Source: Sporopachydermia quercuum
Lineage: Eukaryota
NCBI GenBank assembly: GCA_001599295.1
Contig: BCGN01000001.1
Span: forward strand, 806,001-870,000
Direction of reading: 5' to 3'
Length of the DNA stretch: 64,000 nt
The position numbers and the translations under genes are program-made. The notes beneath the pieces are model-generated. The model saw nothing but the letters and a program-made list of their open reading frames with translations, did not search any database and had not been told where the DNA came from. Shown here one piece after another: positions 46,681 through 56,300 of this stretch; the stretch's first letter is position 1; every line of letters begins with the position of its first letter.

Positions 46681-47254
46681 ATTTGTATAGGGTATGAATT
46701 ATGATGATCTGCTTAATATTAATGGATAGAAACATAAGAGAGAACGAAACCAGTGGGTAAAAGTGTCTGAACAATAACTGTTTGTTATTATTACAAGCAT
46801 TTATATGCTTAATTCTAATATTTAGTATAATGATCTTTAGCTAGAAGATTAAGCACCATTGTACTATAAAGAATATCACATATCAGTTCCGATTTTTCAT
46901 AGAAATGGTTATTTGTAGGAGCTTTGTTTTGTTTGCTATTGAAAAGAAAAGCGCTATCGTAGCCAAATATTGTTAAGAGCAAAACCATTCAATAACAAAT
47001 TATCTGACTGGTTTAGAACAGTTGAATATAAATAGAGGGAGTTCATTCTAGTGAGCTACAATACTATATCGCCACTACTACCAGTATATATCTAACTGAT
47101 TGATTATTCTATATGTCTAGTAATATATGAGTTAGTAGAACACAAGGTATTTAACTAATAATTATCATAGAAAATCACTTAAATACCATTTGATAGAAAC
47201 AAACTGATAATAGCTAACATTGATAACATTAAGATCTCATAATGTTTTCCATCT

Positions 47255-50200
47255 TCAACATAGCTTCATAAGAAACTCTCTTCGTTTATTACGAGCTTTT
47301 TTGTTATCCCTATAGCCAATAGGAAAACTAATCAACACATTTTCAAAAGCAGAAAGAACACTAGTGAACGAAACACCATTCTCACCACAGTGTCTTAGAA
47401 ATGAACATAAATATATGAGAACATTCGCATTAACACTTGGCATACTCTCAAGAACTGCACTCTCATTACCATTCATAACCAATCCATAACATTCCCTAGG
47501 TACTGTTCCTCCATCTAAAGAGTACAGCAATTCGAATAGAACTCTTAATACAGCCTTGGTTCCAAAATACTTGGGAACAGTTACATCAGGGTGTTTATTT
47601 TCATTCAAAGCATCTAATGGCAAATCGGTTAGCTCAGCGTTACTATCAAGAGCTTCTCGGATTTGGCGATCAATATCCCAAGTGAATATTATCATTGATG
47701 ATAATACAACTTCTTTCCATGATGCTCCTTGTAATGGAGCTCCTGTTGATATATACTGAAGGATTTTCTCCTTATCAGAACCAGTTAAAACGGGAGACGA
47801 TAATGCAGATTCCATGAATAAACCAGGAGTTATTCTTGTCCATATATAGTCAACACATTTCCATATTTCTTTAGGAACTCCAATATTGCCTCTGGATAAG
47901 TCTGAGGATGTATCATCAGCATTCCATTGCTTAACTGATGATTGACCTAACATTGCTAGCTGATGTAATGACATTCCAAAGCAACTAGGTTTTCGATTAA
48001 TCACATAGGATAAAAAGATATCTTGGCCGTTTTCAAGCCTTACAATGAAAACTGATGACAGATCAGTATTTGAATCTGGTGATGATGCGCACTTCGTTGT
48101 TGATAGTTCTAAATCAGCTACTAGGAATAAAGTGATTTCCTCCTGCGCATCTAATAAATATCCAGCTTTTGGATCCAATGGTTCTGGGGTAATGAATACC
48201 TGATTTGTAACATTACTGCTAGTAGGAATGAGCTGGAATCGAACGGAGCTTGCACCAGTATTGGTGAACGTGATTTTATCCATGGCAGGAACACCTGGTG
48301 TAGCATTAACGGTGACTTCCATTGGATCAATAGTTAAACTGGGTCTGTTCGCATTTTCCATCCTGTCAGCTTTTTTCATAATCGATACTAGCTTTTCATG
48401 TTTAGCTGTTGGAGCTACTGCAATAGTGTCTAATGTTGCATTGAAAACCACAGGATCATGATCGGAATTATTCCATACATTAGGTATACTTTGATAGCTG
48501 TTAGAGATGATTTGGGCGTTCAGTTTATTTGTGAGAACACGATACAATACTCTATCGGTATAAGAGCCGGTTCTTTTGTCATCAAGGACTCGTGATGATG
48601 TAGCTGCAGTATTGGTAGCTGTATTAGTAGTATTAGTAGAACTAGTAGGAGTGGTAGAGGTATTAGTAGCAGGATTAATCACTTTGTACTTATACGTAGG
48701 AGGGAAATCGATAGCTGGTTCATTGAAATGAGGGAAAACGATTCCAGCATGTTGTTGTGCTTTCAATGTATCGAACTTCATTAGTTGAGAATATTTTCCA
48801 TTAGCTACCAACTGCTGAACTTTTTCACTAAGTAAGTTTGTTCTATAATTTAGATCTCCAGCAACAATAGTAATAACAGCTGGCGAGTTAGCACTAGGAG
48901 TTGAAATTAATTGATCGTTAGAAGATTCAGTAAAAGTAGAATTAGAAGTAGACACGTGAGCATTTTGATCTGGTTCTCCAGGGGATACTTTATTGAAGTT
49001 TATTTCTTCTTTGGAATATTTTGTAGATTCATTCTCATTGTTTGTTTTGTCGTTCGCATTCTTAGGTTCAGGTTCAGTTTCACTTTCATCGTCAGAATCA
49101 GCAATTTTAAACTCATCAGTTCGCTGTATAGAGTCTTTCTGTTCCTTGGGTTCCTCTGAATCATTTGGCTTCTTTGGTTCCTTCAATTGCTTTATTTGCT
49201 TGTCCTTTTTCAATGACTTCTTTCCAACGGCTTTTCGAATCCTCTTATCTTCATTTTCATTTTCATGTTCAGCTTTAACTTCGGCTTCCCCAGCCCTTTC
49301 ATCTTTGTTATTCTTGCTTTCCTCTATTCCAAGGTTACTAACATCGTCTGTCACTGATTCATAATCAGTAGTATCAAACAGCACTGAGCTCTCGTCACTA
49401 TGAATACCATTGCTAGTACCATCATAATCCTTATCTTCCAGATAACTTGAATCTCCAGTATCATTTTTACTATCCTGTATTTCTTGCTCTGACATTTTAT
49501 ATTTCTCCGAGATCAAATCCACGCAGCCTAATTTAAGCATTATATCATTGAGCTCTTTTTGCCTCCGTTGTAAGACTTCTTCACCCTCTCCTGCAGCTAA
49601 ATGCATATTCAGCAGCTGTACGGTTACACCTGAAGCTTCTGGGGCATTCAAATCAGCATCCACATCCAAATCATCCTTCCCAAAGGTAAACCGTATTGAA
49701 ACAGCACCTTTGTTTCCCCAGACGCCCAGAAATCCTGTGCCAACTGTTTCTTTTTTAATATCAGAAAATAACGGCTTCAGATGATTACTAGCAACGACAA
49801 TACTGTACAATCCTAATAGACCGTTAGTAGCAATAATAGAGTACTGGGCATTTTCTCTACCGTCTTTCACATCAGAATCAGCGAAAATACTGCCATTGAG
49901 CTGCTCAAGAATACCTTTTTTCCAAGCTGCATTTACCTGCTGATTGGCATAAATATTAGCAGCATTCAACGGGATGATTTCTTGGAAGTTTATCAAATAG
50001 ATATCATATTTGTCTTGTCTAGGTAACAAAGCATTCAAATCCGGGACGATAGGATTACCAGCTAAATTCCACGATACAATTTTCACTGTTATTTTTTGCC
50101 TAGTGCAGTAACTTAACTGGTGAGCTAGCAGTTCTGCTGATATGTTAGCATATAATTCCTGAGACTCAGCAACAGGATCAGCAAGCTTGGAGACTATTTG

Positions 50201-50662
50201 ATTAGAGATATCATCATTTGACATTTTTCTTGCTTTTCCTGTAGTTGATAATGCACCAGATCTCTTTTTAAATGGACTTATCGAGTTTCCAAGCATCGAC
50301 AACATGGTTGATCTAGAACTTGATTTTTTATCAGCAATTGAGTCAAGACAGTTATTCCATACATGGACGAACTTGGCTATGTTCTCTTGTTGCACTGAAG
50401 TTGGATTATCAATGATTCCTAATGATTTATTTCCAACAAAAGCACTCAGAGACTTTGAATGTGGTGATACTGGCCTTAAAGCGAGAATGCAAGTTTCATC
50501 CAGTAGATATTTTTGAGTGTTGAATGAAATAGACTGCGATTGATTTAGTGGTGAGATTTTATAGCTGTAGGTGGGGGATTCATTAGGGGACTCTTTAATG
50601 AGCTTTAGATGATGGCTAGAGGTTTTCAACTCGCCAATGACCTCGCTGTTGAGTCCTGCCAT
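47255..50662 (-). CDS. OCRL/INPP5B-like inositol polyphosphate 5-phosphatase with ASH-like and RhoGAP-like C-terminus
   Basis: SWNLAG, FQE, GNKGAV, HLAAG, GDLNYR, PTYKY, SYTDRVL and SDHDPV, followed by an Ig-like ITFTNTG segment and a PKEIWKCVDYI..PGLF...NVLIYLCSFLR RhoGAP-like region; no Sac1 domain. Confidence 0.82.
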   Translation of the reverse strand: MAGLNSEVIGELKTSSHHLKLIKESPNESPTYSYKISPLNQSQSISFNTQKYLLDETCILALRPVSPHSKSLSAFVGNKSLGIIDNPTSVQQENIAKFVHVWNNCLDSIADKKSSSRSTMLSMLGNSISPFKKRSGALSTTGKARKMSNDDISNQIVSKLADPVAESQELYANISAELLAHQLSYCTRQKITVKIVSWNLAGNPIVPDLNALLPRQDKYDIYLINFQEIIPLNAANIYANQQVNAAWKKGILEQLNGSIFADSDVKDGRENAQYSIIATNGLLGLYSIVVASNHLKPLFSDIKKETVGTGFLGVWGNKGAVSIRFTFGKDDLDVDADLNAPEASGVTVQLLNMHLAAGEGEEVLQRRQKELNDIMLKLGCVDLISEKYKMSEQEIQDSKNDTGDSSYLEDKDYDGTSNGIHSDESSVLFDTTDYESVTDDVSNLGIEESKNNKDERAGEAEVKAEHENENEDKRIRKAVGKKSLKKDKQIKQLKEPKKPNDSEEPKEQKDSIQRTDEFKIADSDDESETEPEPKNANDKTNNENESTKYSKEEINFNKVSPGEPDQNAHVSTSNSTFTESSNDQLISTPSANSPAVITIVAGDLNYRTNLLSEKVQQLVANGKYSQLMKFDTLKAQQHAGIVFPHFNEPAIDFPPTYKYKVINPATNTSTTPTSSTNTTNTATNTAATSSRVLDDKRTGSYTDRVLYRVLTNKLNAQIISNSYQSIPNVWNNSDHDPVVFNATLDTIAVAPTAKHEKLVSIMKKADRMENANRPSLTIDPMEVTVNATPGVPAMDKITFTNTGASSVRFQLIPTSSNVTNQVFITPEPLDPKAGYLLDAQEEITLFLVADLELSTTKCASSPDSNTDLSSVFIVRLENGQDIFLSYVINRKPSCFGMSLHQLAMLGQSSVKQWNADDTSSDLSRGNIGVPKEIWKCVDYIWTRITPGLFMESALSSPVLTGSDKEKILQYISTGAPLQGASWKEVVLSSMIIFTWDIDRQIREALDSNAELTDLPLDALNENKHPDVTVPKYFGTKAVLRVLFELLYSLDGGTVPRECYGLVMNGNESAVLESMPSVNANVLIYLCSFLRHCGENGVSFTSVLSAFENVLISFPIGYRDNKKARNKRREFLMKLC

Positions 50663-51554
50663 TGTGGTGATGCTTTTCTTTATTATTTTGTGAGTGAATC
50701 ACAGTAGGTAACAGCTAATTGTGTACGCGCCCAGCTACCGTTGTTCGTCAAGCAATTGTAATACTAATGAAATCTGAACAATAGATACTTGGATATAGTT
50801 CTACTTCTGGTATTCATCATCAACTACTACCAGTTCAGTACTGTATCATCATAACTTACACCTCAATCTTAAAAATCCATCTAATCTTCTATTGTTTGCT
50901 GTTTATACCATTTATCTGCAATGTCATCCTGTGACATACGGTACAGATAAGCCATCATCATCTCATCAACCATCCATTTGCCCCGATGAGCTGAGATGAG
51001 ATGCGAAGAGATGGAATGAGATGAGACAAGAGGTTTCCTTGTCCGGTTGTGTGGGTGGTATTCCTACCATCTGGAAAGGGTAAAGTCATATGAAACCGGC
51101 TGCTACTTGGGAGGAATTCCATGGCGAGACAGGAGGAATTTCTGTGCTAGAAGAATCAGTACACGTATTACGTATCCCACGTAATTATCATACTACCGAA
51201 GGTGAGTGGATTCGTCCATTTAAAATTAGTGAAAAAGGGAAGTTTTCCAGCTGACATTGGCATAGTACGGAATATTAAATTGATGTGAACTGACGGATTT
51301 AAGATAAAATCTACATATGTTTTGGTGCTGTTGATAGTTATATGATAATTCTGTAAAGGTGGAAAGCAATCGAAACGTTGAAGGTTTCAAACAAACTGTT
51401 ATTGCTTTGATTGGAGTAGATCTCAGCAGCAAAACACAGGGGAGAGATTGAAGAGAAGATATCATCGATCTAGGGCGGTTACCTGTTATTGAGTACCTAG
51501 AAGAAAAAGCAAAGGGTTAGAAAAGCAGCGAATCCATCAAAAAGAAAGAGCAAG

Positions 51555-52758
51555 ATGTTAGCCCGATTAAACGGACCAAATAGCAATGCTAGCATGCTCT
51601 CAAAACAATGCATCAGAGGTGTAGCTACAAGAGCTATCCCATTTATTCGGGGAGCTCCAGCTAAACCACCGAGGTCTGTTCGTGGTAATAGAACCACTTT
51701 ACAATACTATCTCAGCAGGTTCTTAGGGCCAAAGAACTACAAAGGTGAATACTATCTAAACAAATACTACTATCCCCCGCAAAACCATAAGCCTAACTAC
51801 TTGAATCCCGTTCGAGATTCTCACGATCCTTTACTCACCGAGTACAACATCAGTAAACAACAAGGAAAGTTCAAGAAGAGGTTCCCTACTAATCAACCTT
51901 TTCCTAATAATCCAAGCACGAAAACAAATGTGGTTGTTAGTGATCAAATGAAAAAGGAGATTCACGACAGAATAGTTAATAAGAAAGAGTCTGTTCCATC
52001 CGTGGCAAAGTTCTATCGTATGAAAATGCCTAGAATTGAAGGAATTGTGAAGTTGGTAGAAATAGAGAATGAATGGAAAGAAAATGTAAGTACTGCCTTG
52101 AATGACACTCTTTTTGGTTTTACAGATTACAAGAAACATTACTGGATGTTATAAAGATGAGACTAAATAAAAATAAACTTATGTTCGATTAGTCTTTAAG
52201 ACAACTACATGGTTTGAAATATTTATTTCTGATTTATTCGGCATGTTTTACCTGTTTTTCTGGAGAACGAAAAAGAACAAAACTTATGAATCAGCAACTA
52301 ACAGTTTATTCTAGGGAAAAATAACTCCTCAGCTTGAGATTTTCGCTGATACAATGAAGAAAATGTTTCCAATACACACACCATATTACACAGCTGAGAA
52401 TTTAACCGAAATTCCTACTCAGAAGGAAACCGAAAACACTGTTTTGTTGACCATTGCTGAATCAGAGCCTTTTGGACCTTCTGAAGCAGCTAAAGTGTAT
52501 GAGGTTGAAGAAGCAGCAACCACTCTTAAGCGTCTTACTGAAACGGGTACTCATTTAGATACCAAATCGGACGTCAAACAAGAAATTTACTATGGCCCTG
52601 TTCTTGAAGGTGAACGATCTGTTTTTAGATTTACCAAGGCTAAAGTTGGTAAAGTTGGTTTCAGATATGGTGCTTCTAGAGATGACACGAAGAAGAACAG
52701 AGGTGTGTATTTTGATAAATTCGGTAATTTGAAATATAGTGATCCTGTTAGTACTTAG
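51555..52758 (+). CDS. MRPS35: Mitochondrial small-subunit ribosomal protein mS45, 2 exons (51555-52085, 52315-52758), 324 aa
   Basis: FLGPKNYKGEY, PFPNNP.TKTN, RIEGIVKLVEIE, ESEPFGP and KVGFRYG. Intron 52086-52314 (GTAAGT/AACTAAC/TAG) joins the two ORFs in frame. Confidence 0.88.
52151..52237 (+). ncRNA. Probable intronic box C/D snoRNA in the MRPS35 intron
   Basis: Box C-like AAGATGA (52154-52160), box D CTGA (52229-52232), ATAAA/TTTAT terminal stem, and a 15-nt element GTTCGATTAGTCTTT complementary to conserved LSU rRNA AAAGACUAAUCGAAC. Confidence 0.78.
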
Positions 52759-53366
52759 TGAAGGAGAACGGGGTGTAAGAATTGAGTAGAAGATGGTGAC
52801 AGGATAGAGAAGAAAAGAGAAGAGGAAAGGAGAGAAGCAATTGTTGCTGGAACTGCTGGGAGTCGTTCAGTTTGTCTGTATATAATACATTAGTTTCTTC
52901 ACTATTGAATAAATGGTTATGATAGGAAGAATAATCACTCTATAATGTAGGGAGCTGGGGCAGTATGAGAAGATAATGAAGATCATGGAACTGTTTTAAG
53001 ATGTTCATTTTACAGAAATTTACATTTATTGAACTATGTATACAACATCTACAACATAGCGTTTAATTCATTCAGGAGTATTGAAAAATTTCAACAATAA
53101 TAACACGTCAATTCACGTTCTAAACATATAAACATTTCTTAACTATAATAACAATAGATTTGAAATCCAATACAAGCAACCAAGATTAATAGTAGATCAA
53201 ACACAATATATTATGTTATGCAATATAGCTTCACCATAACCAAAACTCAATAAAGAATAGCAATAGAAGCAAGATCCTATACGATATTACCATTTTCATA
53301 TAACAAAACAATTGGACACTACTTGAAATTTCTCTCAAAATATCAAATTTGCTTCAAGTTGCTTAT

Positions 53367-56300
53367 CTAATAAAATCCAGTGGTTTGGGCAGATATAGGT
53401 GCTGATCCTTGAGTTAATAACAACCGGTTTCCAAAAGCTGAGCCTGAGGCTTGATCACTGGACCCCCCATTTGCTTCTAATTCTTTACGTTTTCTTTCTT
53501 CATTATCTTTTTCTAGAGCGGCGAGTCTATTATTTTTCTCTTTTATGATAGAAATCTTATAAGGCATAGTTTGATCACCAAGTCCACTGAGCCATGATAA
53601 CTCCTCGACAAAGTCTTCAGAAATCAAATGATAACAAGCATACAGAATAGCAACATAACATTCCTTATTACCTGTATCAACAAAGTATTGTAATAAGTCT
53701 TGAGCAACTTCACTTTTACCTGATTGAGCTGCTGTTTCGATAGCGTCAGCCCATAATTTATCTTCCTTTGATAGAGCAATAGATTTATTCCATTTCTTGT
53801 TCTTTCTGTATAGATGAGCAGCCAGTTGTCTGAAGAATATCAACTTATGTTTTTCTAACCTTTGGGCTAATTCAATAGCATCAAACCTATCAAATGCATC
53901 AACAGAATCCCTTAGAGCTTTATAGTTCTCCTCTTCAATCAATAAATCATTATATGCGTTGTTAACAGCTGCCAAATTCTTCTCTTGCACTGAAACTAAA
54001 AATGGCTTGATCAATGGTAAATTGTCAGATTTTTCAAACATTCTGACAACTCTTGAGATATCGATACGGGAGGCCAAGACATTTAATACATCTAACAACA
54101 ATGATGGCTGTTCAGAAACATAAAAATTCACTGCTTTATAGTAGATTTCCAGGTTGGCTACTTTGACTATGATTTCTTTGAATGTAGTATGATCAAATGC
54201 ATCAGGTGAATGTTCCATCATAGCCAAAGCAGCATTATCCCATTCATCATAATGGCAGTACAAGAAAATTATTTCTGGCCATAAATGAGCTTCTTGAGAT
54301 GCCAAAATCACTTTAGGCATATTAAGTCTTGACCAGAACAATTTCAAATGTTCCATGAGCTTATCTGACTGGTATTTACAATACAAGATAGCAAGCTCGG
54401 TAAACATACCCATGTGAGCTCTTTCTAGACCCAATCCTTGTTCAAACAAAGCTATCAATTCAGAAAAATAGCCATGATATTCGTATTGTGCTGTTAAAGC
54501 AGGAAGTTCTTCAGCATGGATGATCAGATTCAACCCACAGATTTGAGCCAGCCGGAATTCCTTCGAGGCAATACAAGCATCGTTGACTTGTTTCCATACT
54601 TTGGTATTAGATGCTTTACGAGCACATTCGACAGCCGCCTGATAATCCCCAAGATAAACAAGAGTTGATGACAATTTGGCCCAGTTAGAAACAGCAGTGA
54701 ACAAAATCTTGGCTGCTTTGTAGTTTTTCTCTTCGTATAATCTATCACCAATAGCTTCTGCATCTGCGGCGTTAGGTGATTGTAGGAATGATTCCAAATC
54801 AGACAATTTATCCAAAACAGCATAACAGTTGAGAATTTCTCCATCAATGCGGCCTTCACGGATATGTTGACGGGCCATAAGCAAGTATTTCAAAAGATCT
54901 TCATGTTTACCTGCTTTATCAGCATACTCGATAACCTCCTCATAGTTGGATGCGTCTTGGGCCTTGATGTAACTTCCAATAGCATCGGAAATACGTAAAA
55001 CCTTCAGTTGGGCCTTACCAAGCTCAGACCAAGCTTCAGGAGTATCAATTTGTTCAGCAAAGTCTTCTGCTCTATCCAATGAAAGAATATGCTCGGTGAG
55101 AACAGAAAGTGCTTGTAATGATTTACCATGCTTCTTATAAATAGCAAAAGCTTCTTCGAACAAACCGTTCTTGATAGCTGTTTCAGCAACATCATCAGCG
55201 TCATAACCATCTAACACTTCAATGTAGTGCTTAACTCGTGAAGGATCTGCTTGCATGGCAGTAAGCATTAATAGTCCTTGCAAAGAAGCATTATCGCTGA
55301 ATGGTGATGGTTCAAGAATGATCTTTTCCAAGAGTTCAAGAAGCTCATCAGGTAAATCAGCAGACATAAAAGCTCTAACAGCAATAGAAACGTCATCAGG
55401 GTTAGTTGATTCAGGAACAGCAACATTCACAACTTGATCAATTACTTGTCTTCGATGAATGTTATCATCAGACAAAACAGCCAACCAAAGGTCCAAATCA
55501 GCTCTTGATAATAAATACCTGGCTTGGTACTTAAACATAGAATTTTCATTGGTGATTTTCACAACTTCAGCATCATGATGACCTTTTTCATAAGCAATAT
55601 ATGCCAAGAAAGGATCTCTTTTTTCACAGTATAAACCAACAACCAAAGTATCGTATTGATTGTTTTCTCGAAGAAACTTTTCAGGATCGTTATTGGAATC
55701 AATGTAAATTTTTGCCAAAGAGTTGAAGATCTCTTGATCTTGCGAACCACCTGCTAAACAAGCTTCTAAGTATGGTAAAAGTAATTTAAGTCTATTGCGT
55801 TCTTCAACAACCTCCACAAGCTCTTTCAAAGGTACTTGTCCTACAACAGAAGCCAATAAGGCTTGAACTGTCTTCTCATCGCAATCCACATCTAACAAGG
55901 CAGCAACAACTTGCGGAGCTCTGGAAGGATTGACCTTTTGAACGTATACTTCAATGAATTTAAACAATTGGTTTTGGTATAAGTATAAAACCAAATCATG
56001 AACAAAATCAAATCTATCGCAAACAATAATCAATGGCAATTGATCAGAAAGACGAGTTTCCTTCAAGAAGTTTTTAACCTTGGTAGGGTTATAAAAGTTG
56101 TTGTCTCTAACGACTCTTTCTACTTCCTTCAATTGACCTAACTTAGCAGCAGCTTCAATGTACTTGAAAACAACATCACCATCATGAGTGACGTTGACAA
56201 TAGAAGCTAAAAAGTAGTACAAACCTTCAGAAGAATTGAACTCTTCAAATAATTTGATCAAATTAGCTACGCCTAGTAATTCGGAGTATTTGGTGGCTAC

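Noticed and set aside
52086..52125. Internal TTTTACAG acceptor giving a 40-nt mini-intron ahead of the snoRNA
   Set aside because: No recognisable branch point and very short; unsupported without junction reads.
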